Below, in pieces: positions 41,301-53,726 of a stretch of 64,000 nt of DNA. This DNA comes from Utricularia gibba (Eukaryota > Plantae > Magnoliophyta). The notes below the pieces were generated by a model, which had not been told where the DNA came from, did no database searches, and was given only the letters and a program-made list of their open reading frames with translations. The stretch lies in NCBI GenBank assembly GCA_002189035.1, contig CM007990.1:5146001-5210000 (forward strand). Direction: 5' to 3'. A program made the translations under genes and the position numbers. Each line of letters begins with the position of its first letter. Within the stretch, counting starts at the first letter, position 1.

Positions 41301-43251
41301 CAAAACCATGTCCTTCAGAGTATTCATTTCCATCTGATATTGAAACACAACGGCTACATTTTAAGCATAAAATTGATGCTGTCTAAAATACTTAGTCGTG
41401 GCTACATATTCAACCTAACACTTTCATCTCATATATGAGAATGATTTCAGTCAAAGAGTACCAAAACCTTCAACAATATATATAGTATGGTATTTACCTT
41501 GTCATCAATCATTATTATGCATATACCACACTCATCCTTACCACGACGCCCAGCTCTGCCACTCATCTACAACATAGACTAAATATCAGCAAATGTGGGT
41601 TGGCAGCAGATAGTTAATGAAAATTCTCACTGATCACCTGGATATATTCACCAGAGCCCATTAGACGATGACTATCACCATCCCACTTCTTAACAGTTGT
41701 AAAAACGACAGTTTTCGCAGGCATGTTCAACCCCATCGCAAACTGTTTATAAGGAAATTGAGTAAAATTCCCAATGATAAAAAAAAAAAGGCTCACTGGG
41801 ATGCTATACAAACGTAATGGTGGCACCGATAAAAAAACAAGTTACAGAACATTACTGTTTCTGTGGCAAAAAGTGCCTTAATAAGCCCTTCTTGAAAAAG
41901 AAGTTCCACAAGTTCTTTGATAATAGGGAGCAAGCCAGAATGATGCACAGCAATTCCTCGCCGAAGTATTGGCAACATTAGCTCAATGGCAGGTAAGCTT
42001 CTGTCATCCTCATTCAAACATAAGATGGCATTTGTAAACACCTGATCCACCACATCTTTCTCCTCCTGAGTATTGAGATCAAGGTTTTTCATCGAGAGTG
42101 CATGCTGTTCACATTCTTTTCTGCTAAAGCTAAAAATAATTACAGGCTGAAACTTCCGTTCTACGATCATCTGCAGAATTAGCACCTTTGGATGTCATCA
42201 TCATCAAACAGGCATCAAAAGAAGAATAAAATATACCAGAAATCATGCAAATAGCTTTAAAATATATGGATTTTGTCACCTTTATAATTCTGCTTATGTC
42301 AGAAAAACCAGAAGCACTTCCTCCTTTCGAAATTCTGCCATTGGCCTTGCCATATGAAGCGCTACTCCCCTTTGTATTTTTCTGAGTGAAGGTATCCTGA
42401 AGTTTCAAAAAATTATTTTCTTTAAACTGCTCGTTTTCATCCACTACAAGATATAAGCCAGAACCACCCATGGGAAATACATAATGCTGCAGTGGTGTTG
42501 GCCTAAAATCTGTGTAGGCAACATGACATGGCTGTTTATGTAAATTACATATCCATTCAGCAAACTCAGTTGCGTTTGACATTGTTGCAGAAAGAAAAAC
42601 CATCTTAATGGCAGGGGGGAGGAAGATAATGCTTTCCTCCCAAACAACACCTCTTTCTCTATCCTTCATGTAATGTATCTCATCAAATATGACCCATGCA
42701 ACTTCCTTCAACACCTCAGAACCCCTATAAAGCATTCCTCTCAGAATCTCAGTAGTCATCACCAGACAACTTGCATTAGGAGAAAGTGTAACGTCGCCTG
42801 TCATCAATCCAACATCTGAAAACTCCTGGTTCAATTCTCTGTACTTCTGATTGCTCAGTGCTTTTAAAGGAGATGTATAAATAACCCTCTGTTTATCCCT
42901 AAAGGCCATGGCTATCGCATATTCCGCAACAGCAGTTTTACCTGCTGAAGTGTGTGCCGAAACTAAAACTGACTCTTTTCTTTCTAAACAAGATACAGAA
43001 ACCTCCTGAAACGGATCAAGAACAAAAGGGTAGGTTTTAGCCCTTTCCCCAGTGTATCTCGGCTCAGAGAGGGTGCCATACATAGATTCATCCTTGTTAG
43101 AAGTATACCCACTTGGGACTGCTACCTCATGTACACATGTCCGGGCTGTCTTAGAAGTAGACGGATTGGCATCAATTTTCTGTTTGTCGTTTGAATTTGC
43201 GTTCTCCTCCTGGTGCTTCCGTTTAAGAGATACAGGAGACTTACTACCCAT
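38338..43251 (-). CDS. HEN2: Nuclear exosome cofactor DExH helicase, MTR4/HEN2 family (HEN2-like)
   Basis: [55 protein letters not shown]/arch region; ends [14 protein letters not shown] (TGA 38340-38338). About 16 exons traced in frame. Confidence 0.93.
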
Positions 43252-44190
43252 TTTCGTACTGAACGACGCAGCGGGGGAAAAATCAAAACTTTTCACTAAC
43301 TCCGCTCAATGCTCTAAGTAGACGAACTGCCTCCCTGTTACGCATGAAAAGGTCTCGTACCTCCGCTCATTATGATTGCGTCGACCTCTCGTGTGTCTCG
43401 CCCGGTGCGCCAGCGACAGTAGACCAACTAAAACAAGGAAACAAAAAGCAAACCAATTAACCTAAAGATTAGGGTTTCACCTTCTATGAACAGAAGAGGA
43501 CCAAGTTTGACCAACAGCAAACCTCTTTCAGGAGCAAAAAACTTCCAAGTTGAAATTGATTCACCGCCGGTTAGTCTTCACGAACCCAAACCCTAATTTT
43601 TTTTTTAATTTCCCAATTTTGGAACGCGTCAGCATTTTATTTAATTATTATTATTTTGCAAACTGTTCTAATTCATTACATTATGTTATATATTGTATGA
43701 ATTTACATATAATTTTTACTATAAAATATATTAATAACTAAAAACTCATCATCAACTCTCCATGTTTCGTAGTGTTTTAGGTGCAGATTTCTGTGTTTTT
43801 AGGGTTTCTTCCTAATTGTTACATTTGGTCAGGTTCTTTAGGATGACTGATCTGGTCCTTTTTCTTTGTCCATGAACTGCTTGAAGCCCGTGCTTGTTCA
43901 GAAAGATGTTTTTTTTTCCTGTTGCTGTCAATTCATCAAAAGATACAATGAACAAATATCAAGTATTGGAACCTTCATCTCTAACAAAATCTACCCCTTC
44001 AAAATGAACCAGCTCTAAGATTCTTTCATCAGTTCTGTTCTGAAAAATATTTTGGCACTGACATGCGCTGAGTATCAGAGTGAGTCTGGGATTGGATGAC
44101 CTGCAAGTGATTGATCAGCAAAGTTAGTTGGGATGAACTTACATTATGAATCACTATAGAAGTTACTGACATGATCTCTTATTTTTTGTT

Positions 44191-47071
44191 TTATTCTGCA
44201 AAGAGGGAGTTTTTAGATGAACTTACATAAGAATGAAAACTTTCTTGAGTTGGTGGGATTATGAGACTTGGGGCAGAGTAGATGCGCATTCTCTCTTCAG
44301 CAAATGCTCCCAATCTGTTGAGTTCTGGAAGTACCACAGTCGCAAGGTCAGGCCGATCTTTTCGCCTTAATTCTGTGCACTTGAGGGACATTTTAGCAAA
44401 ACTCAAAGCCTCTTCTAATGGCCAGTCGGGAACTGCAGGATCCAGCATCTCAGGGAAACTTCCTTGTTCTATAGCTCTTTCGACATGATGAGATATACCC
44501 ATTGGAGGCTTCGCCGTTATGATTTGAAGTAGCATTACTCCCAGTGAGTACACATCAGATTTAATTCCCAACATGCCAGTTTGTTGGTACTCAGGGTCTA
44601 TGTAGCAGAAGGTTCCTGCTGTTGCAGTCATTCGATATTGTGTCACGGTGTCGGCTACAGAAGGAGGGACAAGCCTAGCCAACCCCACGTCGCTAATCTT
44701 GCTCACAAAGTTTCCATCAAGGAGAATGTTTCCTGGTTTAAGATCTCTGTGCACCAGTGGCTCTGGCTTTGTTTGGTGCAGGAAAAGAAGGCCAGTGGCG
44801 ATTTCTGCTGCTATTTTGAATCTGATTTGCCAGGAGAGAACTGGAGTATTTCCTCGTCGGAACAAACGATCATCTAAGCTGCCATTGGCCATATATTCAT
44901 ATACCAAGCAGCCATACTCCGGGCAGGCACCGAGGAGGAGAACCATGTTAGGATGCCTAATGCAGCTCAAAACTTCAACCTGCATCACAACATTCATAAT
45001 GTTAAGCCACTGGTTTTTCCAAGGGATATCTAGCTTGCATCTAGTTCCTTTCACCTCTTGTTGAAACTGTGATCTTCCTTGTGCTGCATCTGGTCGAAGA
45101 ACTTTCACTGCAACTGGTGTATGATCAAGATGGCACTTGTAGACCGGGCCATATCCACCTTCTCCAATTTTAAGAGATGTGGAGAAGTTCTCAGTAGCTG
45201 CCTCTATCTCCTCCAAGGTGTATCTCCGGTATCTTACACCACCAGTGAACTTATCCTGCATCTTGATCCCCTGGTCTGCTTCTTTCATGGCTTTCATTTC
45301 TGCATTCATTCTTTTTTGAGCTTCAAGTTCGGCTATTTTTTGTGCTGCTTCTGCCCTCTGTAGAGCAGCCTTGCATTTAGCTTTTTCCTTCTCTGCAATA
45401 GCTAGTGCTGCTTCTTCAGCTAGCCGTGCCTCCTCGAGTCTCTGTTCTTCTTCTACTTTCCAACGATGAAGTTCCATCGCCTGTACAAATACAAGGATAC
45501 ATGATCAAAATATAACATGTTTCTTGAATCCTTTATGAAACAATCTATTGGAGAATTCATTATTTTGCTGTTCAAGAAATATGCCTTCTGTTTCGCACTA
45601 AGTGCTTCCTTGCAGGCCGTGCTGTACATTTCCATTGTCTGTTTGAGCTCCTGCTTGAGCCTTCGCATCTCAGCTTCTACTTCGTCCTATATTATCAATT
45701 CAAACATCATAAAAAAAGAATCCCTTTTATCGAAGATACAACCATTCTTTGACAAACAAATACATGTGCTCACCATGCTTTGGGAGCCAGACCATGAAGC
45801 GTTTAGACTGTCCTCTGAGCTAGATGAGAAGATACCAAAACTGGTACTTCCATCCGAAATCCTTGAATTCGAGAACGCTGACCCGAAACTTGATCTGTTT
45901 TCTGTGTCTGAGTTGGTTGAAAGGCGACAGGCCATCAGCAGATCCTGATCAGATGTCATGGAGCCATTGCTTAGCCGGACTGGGCTAATGAAAGATATGT
46001 CACTCTCAGGCTTTGAAATATCCCCATATTGTCGGTTCAGACCTTTGCCTCTAGTAAAAGGTGACCTACAGACACATGCCATTAAATTTTTTCAGTTCAG
46101 CAAAAAATTTACTTTGACCATGACCAACCTTATTGTATCTGAATCTTCTAGGATGCTCCTTGGTGCTTGCTGGAGCGCTTGCCCTCTTACGGATTCATCA
46201 ACACGAGCATCTTTAAAAACAGAAGATGTAGCTCCTACGTTCAGGCAGTGTTAACTTCTCAAAGCTTGGTGTAAAAATAGGAGCATTTAGGCTAAAGAAG
46301 CAACCTTTTATGGTTTCATCAACGCGGGGAGCATCCCTCGAAGCAGCCTTGATGGAGGCGATTTTCCCTTTAGCAATGGCATACACCATGCAAAAATCTG
46401 GTGCTATTTTAGTGATGGTACCCACGATATCGACAGTCTTGAATCTTCAATCATGAGAAGATGATTTGTAAGTTCTGCATAAAGATCTCCCCAGAGAAAC
46501 TTCTTTTGTATTACCTAATGAATCCATTCTTGACTGAGGATCCTAGCACTAAGGTGTCAATCATGCTGTTCCTCACATAGTCACAGATTGCTCTGCAGAT
46601 GTCTGAATCTTCGAGTATGACTTCCAGAACTTGTATCTGTTGGAAATTTGCTCCATGTTATGTGTATGCAGATTGTGCAAATGTATGGAAGACAAGGGCA
46701 GGACTGGTTTCTTACATCCTTACGAGTGCAGAAGCACCGGAAGGGAAGAAAGATTTCTTTGGCCTGGCTATCGAGAGGGACAACCTTCCCTGCTGGTTCA
46801 ATGCAGCCATTATCAGAAAAACAAACAGAACATCACATGAAATCTGTGCCAATCTGTGTGATATCCGAAGTATATTCCATTGAAAATTACCTTGAGCAGC
46901 AGATGAAGAGGACTTGTGCCTAACATGAATGAGGATGGCCTGTTTGCCTCTGGTCAAGAGATTATCAACAGCCCATTTCAAAGCAGCTTGGCTTCCTTTG
47001 TCTTTGTCTACAGCAATTGCAACTCTGTCAGGCTTCCTTTCTCCTGTACTCAGACCTCTCTGGTTCATCAT
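44191..47071 (-). CDS. USP (adenine nucleotide alpha hydrolase-like) domain Ser/Thr kinase, PUB35-like without a U-box
   Basis: [23 protein letters not shown] (USP), coiled coil, [52 protein letters not shown]. The 3' end is uncertain: a GTAAGT donor near 44225 could add exons down to a TGA at 44029. Confidence 0.9.
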
Positions 47072-47796
47072 TTCTCCCTTATGTTGTAGTTTCAGAGGTG
47101 GAACAAGACAAAAGAAAGCTTGTGGTGTTCCACCTCAGGGTCCAAACACTCCCTTCTTCTTCCTTGAGAAGAAGGTTGTTTTGCTGTGTTTCCAGAGGGA
47201 AGGGGAAGGCTCCAAGTTCTACATCTTCATGATTGGGACTGAATGAATGTCTTATTGTTTACCCACAAAGATCTCCTGAAAGTGTGGGAGTTTCTTGAAC
47301 CATCCATCTTATCCCCTGGTTAACAGAGCCCATTCCCCACATGGAAAATGGCATTTCCCATGTAAACAAATGGCCTAGAGATGTTCCCTGATCATGGCAC
47401 TTCTGTTCTTGCATAGAATTATGCTGATTTTTCAACTTGTGGACAATCAATTATCTTATACTAATCAAATAATGTGTACTGTAAACAATGATGATTAGTG
47501 GTAATAAATTTATTGAAGCCATTTTGGTAGCATTAGGAACTAGGAACCAGCAGAAAAAGGCAAGTGCAGATCTTGTAACAACACAAACAAATACATTTAA
47601 CACGCCCAAACACGCATAGGATCTTCTCTACACATCCAAGAGCAAAAAATAAATAAAAGCAAGGATGCAAATTAACAAATAACAAGGATAAAAGCAGCAA
47701 CCAGTTCTTATCATATGCTTGATGCCTCCTCCCAGAGAACGCGACAAGCTGATACAAAATCACATGTCAATCGAAACCAACCGTCACAGGAATCAG

Positions 47797-49380
47797 TCAG
47801 TCTGTGGTTCTGGGCTGGCTGATACAGCACCTGAAGCGTGCCTTCCGAACGGTCGTCATGATCTCATTCTCTGCAGATTCGAGCATTCTTACAACCTCGG
47901 AAAACGAGGGTCTAACATCAGGATTTCCGTCCCAGCATAGGGTCATTATGCGACTTAGAGACGGAAGGCAGTCCTGGGGGATTGCAGGACGAACACCCTT
48001 GTTCACAACGGCAAATGCAGCTTGGACAGCAGTCATGTTCTGGAACGGGAGCAGTCCTGTTATGAGCTCCCATAGCACAATCCCGAAGCTGTACACGTCG
48101 ACTTTTTGGGTGTAAGGCCGATGCTGGATCATCTCACTGCAATTCCACACCACAAGAATGGTAAGAGAAATTATACTGATACAAGATAACCACGATGATG
48201 CACTGGCAATTCCAGTAACACTTGAATGAAAGGCTTGTTCTCAGAAGAAATTCTTATGGGTTCATCTAATTCAAGCAACGCATGTTCATTCATGTCTTAG
48301 TCGAGAAAGGTGAAAGTCTCTTATAGAGTCAACACATCAAATGAAATATAGATTAACATGCATCACCAAAGCCTTGACAGGCAATATTTAGAAATGTGAC
48401 AGTCTACCCCACATCTCAATCCCAATAACTTGCTACTCAGTATATGTTATGCTGCAAATAAAAATGAGAAAAGGCAGAACTTACGGTGCCATCCACCGAT
48501 AAGTTCCAGTCTCTGGTGTCATGCCTTCCGTCTGCACTTCGATACGAGCAACTCCAAAATCAGCGATTTTAATGGACTTGTCAGAAGAAATCAGAAGATT
48601 ATCAGACTTTAAGTCTCTGTGTATCAAATTTAACCCATGGACATATTCCATCCCTCTTGCCACATCCAAGGCCTGTTTCACAGCCAATTTCAAGGGCACA
48701 GAACGATTCTGACGCTTTGTCAAGAATTGTCGCACAGAACCACCCTTGGCATACTCTGTGACAATACACCAGACCATGGGCTTGCGGCATGCACCAATGA
48801 AACGAACTATATTGGGGTGTTTTAACCTTGACAACATCATCACCTCTTGCTGAAATTGCTGCTCCATCAACTGTGCCCTCTCCACATCATTCTCTGGCTT
48901 CTCCAGTAATTTAATAGCAACATCTTCACCATTATACGTTCCTCTATAGAGCTTTCCAAATGCACCCTGAGCAAAAGCATGGCCCATGATGAGCTTCCCC
49001 AAATCAATTGACCAATCATCATAATATCCAAGTCCTTCAGTAGGATACCGAGGATCCATCAAAGCTTGTGCCAGCATATCATTGCTCGGCCCATGAGAAA
49101 CTCTCCCACGATTGACACTGGCAGCTACAGAGTAGTTTTTTACATGCTTAAGGCCCTGATGGCCCAAGATTCGAGTGCGGGATTCATTAGATCCTACACT
49201 ACTATTGTCCACAGACATGGCAACAGATCCTCCATTTGTCAACTGCAAGCTCCCATAACTATCAATGGACATGTTCGATCCCTCATTCAGCTTGCGATAG
49301 AAATTATGTGATAAATCATAATTGTCGTACAAATCATTCTGTCCAATAACTCCGTTAAACTTTGGGCCACCCTCCAACAT
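47797..49380 (-). CDS. Raf-like MAPKKK (subgroup C, STY13/RAF22/RAF28-like)
   Basis: Two coding exons, 49380-48485 and 48136-47797: MLEGGPKF...NMSIDS...[11 protein letters not shown]...[10 protein letters not shown]...[34 protein letters not shown]...VRKARFRCC. Confidence 0.95.
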
Positions 49381-50182
49381 TTTCCAAGGTTCTCCTTTAA
49401 ACTCTCCGCATTAGTGTCTTTAAGTTTATGTTGACACGTCCAAAACCTGCAAAAACCAAACAACAACAACAAAATACGCGTTATGTACAAGAAAATGGGC
49501 CTACATGAAAGAAAGGCGAGAAGATTAGAATCCACAATTAACAACGCTCGCTAACCCTGGACTAGTTAACTGAAGACAGAGGAACATATAACTTTAAAAC
49601 TGTCATATGCGTATACTACTGCTTCATTTCCACAAGTGGGGTGATTTTAATGTTATCTCAAATAACTCCCGCATTACAACTAAAGCCTTCATAACGCCAA
49701 CCTTGTAAAACCCATTATACCACGTAGATACAAACAAAATCCCCTAAAAAAAAGAAAAAAAAAGGAAATCCAAGCTACCCCATCATCAATTCACAGCGAT
49801 CAACAAGAATCACTTCATCACAAATGACACAGAGCAAAACAAAAACCCACTCATCGCATCAACATGAAACCCCCCCTCTAAAACCTGTAAAAGAAAAATA
49901 AAACAAATCCACCTCCGGATTTCGCTTCGTCAACGAAATACAGTAGCCAAAACCCCAGTAACACCATCAAAACAGATCAAAAAATTCAATGATCCAACAC
50001 TCGTTTTAGACAACTTCCACGAAAACAGACCTCGATCAACGCCTCTTCCGCTTCAGCTTCTACTTCCGGCTCCAATAACACAGATCAACATATATACGAG
50101 CCCCAACTTCAGCTCTTCTCTAGTCCTCGCCCGAAGAAGCAACAGAAGAGTCAAAGCGGCGTCGTACGAGGAGACCAATTCT

Positions 50183-50202
50183 AGAGAGAGAGAGAGAGAG
50201 AG
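50183..50202. repeat. (GA)10 microsatellite in the 5' leader region of the Raf-like kinase
   Basis: Seen directly; GAGA elements are typical BPC/BBR-binding sites. Confidence 0.8.
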
Positions 50203-52244
50203 CGAGAGCAGGTAACAGAAGAGAAAAGGAAGAGGGGAGGAGCGCGAGAGGGGTATGGACGACTGACGAGCGTCTGCAGAGAGAAAGAAACAGTCAGCGG
50301 TCTACTTTTGCTTTTATTTATTTACTTAATTTTTAGTTCCCCTACTCTCAAGTTTTTTTTTTTCCACGCGAACAACTTCCCCTGCATCCCGTGTACACAC
50401 CACACCATCTTTCTTCTTCCTACGCGGGACCCGCCAGAACCCAGCTCGGCCCGCTTCGCGAATCGTGACGCAGGAGTGCACGCAGGCTGCTAAGAAAGCA
50501 AAAAAGGATTCATGTGGTCTTTAGAATCTGTGGAGTTGCAGGGGGGCAAACCACTTGGCTTCAGAAACATATCACATGAAGCTGCAGATTAGCTTCAAGA
50601 AGCAGGAGAAAGAAAAAAATAGGGCAAATGTAACATCTGAATCCGCAAAAAGTACTTCCACATGTTCAAACCATGGCTAAGAAGTTGGATCAGAAAACTG
50701 GAAGAAATAATGTCCTATATAAGAAAGCCACTGTACCATCATATCGAAGGAAAAGCTTCCAAACCGTTGAGAAAAACCAAGTATTTTATTTGGTGGGCAA
50801 CGAATGACCCCCATAGTAATAATAATAATATTCCTGGGGTTCGTATGATTTCTGAAGAGGAACTTTTTTCAACTTTCTCCTTGTTTCAGAAGCCAGCCTG
50901 TTCTTTGAAATTTCTGGAGACAATTTTTTTGCCTGCAATGACAGAGGGATTCAAAGAAGCGCCTCTTTCATCCTGTTTAGGTAGGTTCTTATCACAGATC
51001 AAAGGCAAGTGCAATACACAACCCTGTAAAAGCCACAATGTGAGGCCATGAAAGAGAACACTCAAGTAGCCAACCTTATCAGCAAGCGTATGCAACTCGG
51101 GAGCTCTCCTAGCCGCATCCTTCAGGTTAGTTTCACAATCATTTTACCAAGCAGTTAAAAATCTACTGCAATCGAATAAGGATTCCATATCCTCCATAAA
51201 ATTACGCAGTTCGCTTGTCATAGTAGACAAGCACATCCAACGTCCTGATCACCGCCGGCAAGTGAAAGTGGTTCACATACATTGCTCCTACTAATCGCTC
51301 ACAGTGCCATTTGAATCCAATAGACACACACAAAAAACTTTCACAGTCCTTATACCAGTATTATACGCAGAAAAAAAACGTAAGAAATGCAACAACTCAC
51401 CGTCTGATGAAACGGAGGCGAACTGACCAAGTTCTGCAGATTCGCATTGAAACCGAACACATCCAGATCTAGCGCGATTCAAGGGCACAACAGAGATGCA
51501 ACAGAAACTGAATAACCAGCAACCTAATGCAGTAGTAATCCATCAGCATCTTTCGAGAATGTGAACCTCTAACCGGAGCTTCGCGCGACTCCATGATCGT
51601 TGTGTGCGAGTGTCATAACAACGCTTATTTCAAACCCAGACCCATCGGGAGGTAATTTTGGGCTGGGCCGAGATCTTGCAGGCCTTCGGCCCAAAATACT
51701 GAGTAGAGATCACCAAATAACGCAGCCTGGCCCATCACAACATGCAGGGCTCCATAGAGCTCGGCCCACGACAAATGCTGTGTTCAGTCCCACTTTGCTT
51801 TGACAGAGAACGTTTCTGTGCTGCTCGCTTTGCTTCATCTGTGTCTCCTCATTTTGGCTTTTGTTTTTTGCTATCTTTTTTGTGGGCGATGGGGCAGAGA
51901 AATCAGTGTGTGGTGGAGGGTGATGTGTAGCTGTGTTTAATATTGCGCAGAAAATTAGGCCACTCTCACATGGTTCTGAGTCAAAAAGACATATGAATCA
52001 AAGAAAAGTCTGCCATGGTTCTTGATTCAATGCTGGAGGGTCTGAACAAAAAGGCTGTCACTTCATTTAAGACAAGCACAGTTTTGGCCTAGATTCGAGT
52101 GTAATGCAATAAAGTGCCGTGCAAATCAAACAACGCTACAAAAAGTAACAATCTTTTTATTCAGGCACTCAAAGCTACTTCAGTCCGTACACGCCACAAT
52201 CTAAAATTCTCTAGTAAAACAAGGAAGCATTGACCAGATGTGTC

Positions 52245-53726
52245 TCATGGGTTACCTGAGAAGTAGTTGCCGGAGTTGAATAACTGGTATTCCGGCGGAT
52301 GGTCGGTGGTGACGTTGACGGTGTTCATCAGGGAAACAGGCAATGAGACTGATGTATTATTTGGATGAAACAATGAAAGTGGATATGACTCTGAATTCAA
52401 GTGTGAGATTGTTGGAAGGTAGTTCCCACGAAGAAAGACCTGCATAGGACTAGTTTCACTCTCGTTCAAAGTCCATGTGTTTGATGACAGAAGAGAGGGA
52501 GCGGTGCCGAGAAGATCTGGTGCAATTGGAGAATTGGTTGTGGGTATGTGTAAGCCTGCCACACTCAAGATTGGATGCAAGAAGAGATGAACAAAAGAGA
52601 AAGAAAAAAAGAGACCTGAAATAAGGGGATGCTTTACCTTGATCCATGATGTTTCTGGTTGAATCCAGATGTAAGCTGGAGACTGAATTGCGCATCTCAT
52701 CATTGGAGAAACACAGAGGTCCATCAAGTGCTCCTGTTTGAGAGATGGGGAATCCATTCAACAGTAAGTTGTGCTCCATCTTGTGACTTGCCCCTAGAGA
52801 CACAAGCAAAAAGATGACAAAATCAGATAAAAGGTGTATAAGTGGTAAAATCTAAGGGCAGCAATAGGGGGAACCAAAAAAGACCATAAAGAGCAGAGGG
52901 GAGTCCTTGAGAGTTAAGCTGAAAAGACTCTGGCTGAACTCTACGCCGCCGGGCGTTGTGATCGGAGAGACGCCTTCTGCAACTTCTTTTCTTGTCATCA
53001 AACTCAGACAATTCATGGAACCTTTCGGATCAAACAAAACGGGAAATAGCAACCGGTGAATGACATGAAACCGCAATTTCCTTCATGTTAGAAGAAGAAA
53101 AGAATCATATTTTCTCACCTGCTGCACTGTTGGCAAAACCGGCGTTCCAATCCTGAGACAATAACCTTTGGGCTCTTTGAGTGATTCTCACAGATCCTGT
53201 GTCTCCGGTGGTAATCCTTGGCTGACTTGAGATCAAGATTGCATCCTTCTACTTGGCAACATGGATTCTGAAGACTATGATAAGAAGCTCTGGAACGTTT
53301 CATTGGGAAGGAAGAAACAGGGAGTGAAGAAACAGAGGATTTAGCACTGCTACTACTAGCAAAAAAACTATCCCCATATTCTTTGGGTATTCCAAGCCTT
53401 AAACCTATAGTTGGCTCAACTGAGCCAGCAGGGGAAGATGAAAATGTCCCACCAAGATTGTGCATACTAAAGAGATCTTCATATGTGCTTTTGTAGTGAG
53501 CCACTTTTCCCAGATAATCCATTGACGGTTTGGTTGATTCATGAGAAGCACAGGAGATGGGATACTTCGAGGAAGAACAGGTTCCAAGATCATTTCCACA
53601 TAAAGCATTACTGCCTGATGAAGACATAGAAAAACAAATCTGTTCTTGGAATTCAATAGGCTTCCCACTGTACAAAGCTAAGTCTTCCCACTCAAGCCCA
53701 CTACTGCACATGGACTTCCTCTCCAT
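52245..53726 (-). CDS. SPL: SQUAMOSA promoter-binding-like (SBP-box) transcription factor, SPL2/10/11-like
   Basis: Four coding exons; SBP domain [47 protein letters not shown]|[27 protein letters not shown]; the last exon contains a miR156 site. Confidence 0.93.
52485..52504 (-). promoter_or_regulatory. miR156 target site (variant) in the SPL last exon
   Basis: mRNA sense CCGCTCCCTCTCTTCTGTCA versus the perfect complement GTGCTCACTCTCTTCTGTCA; miRNA positions 1-13 are fully paired. Confidence 0.85.

Noticed and set aside
51395-51430. CTGATGA motif considered as a hammerhead ribozyme core or snoRNA box C
   Set aside because: No GAAA core or stem II, and the nearest CTGA is too close for a C/D snoRNA.
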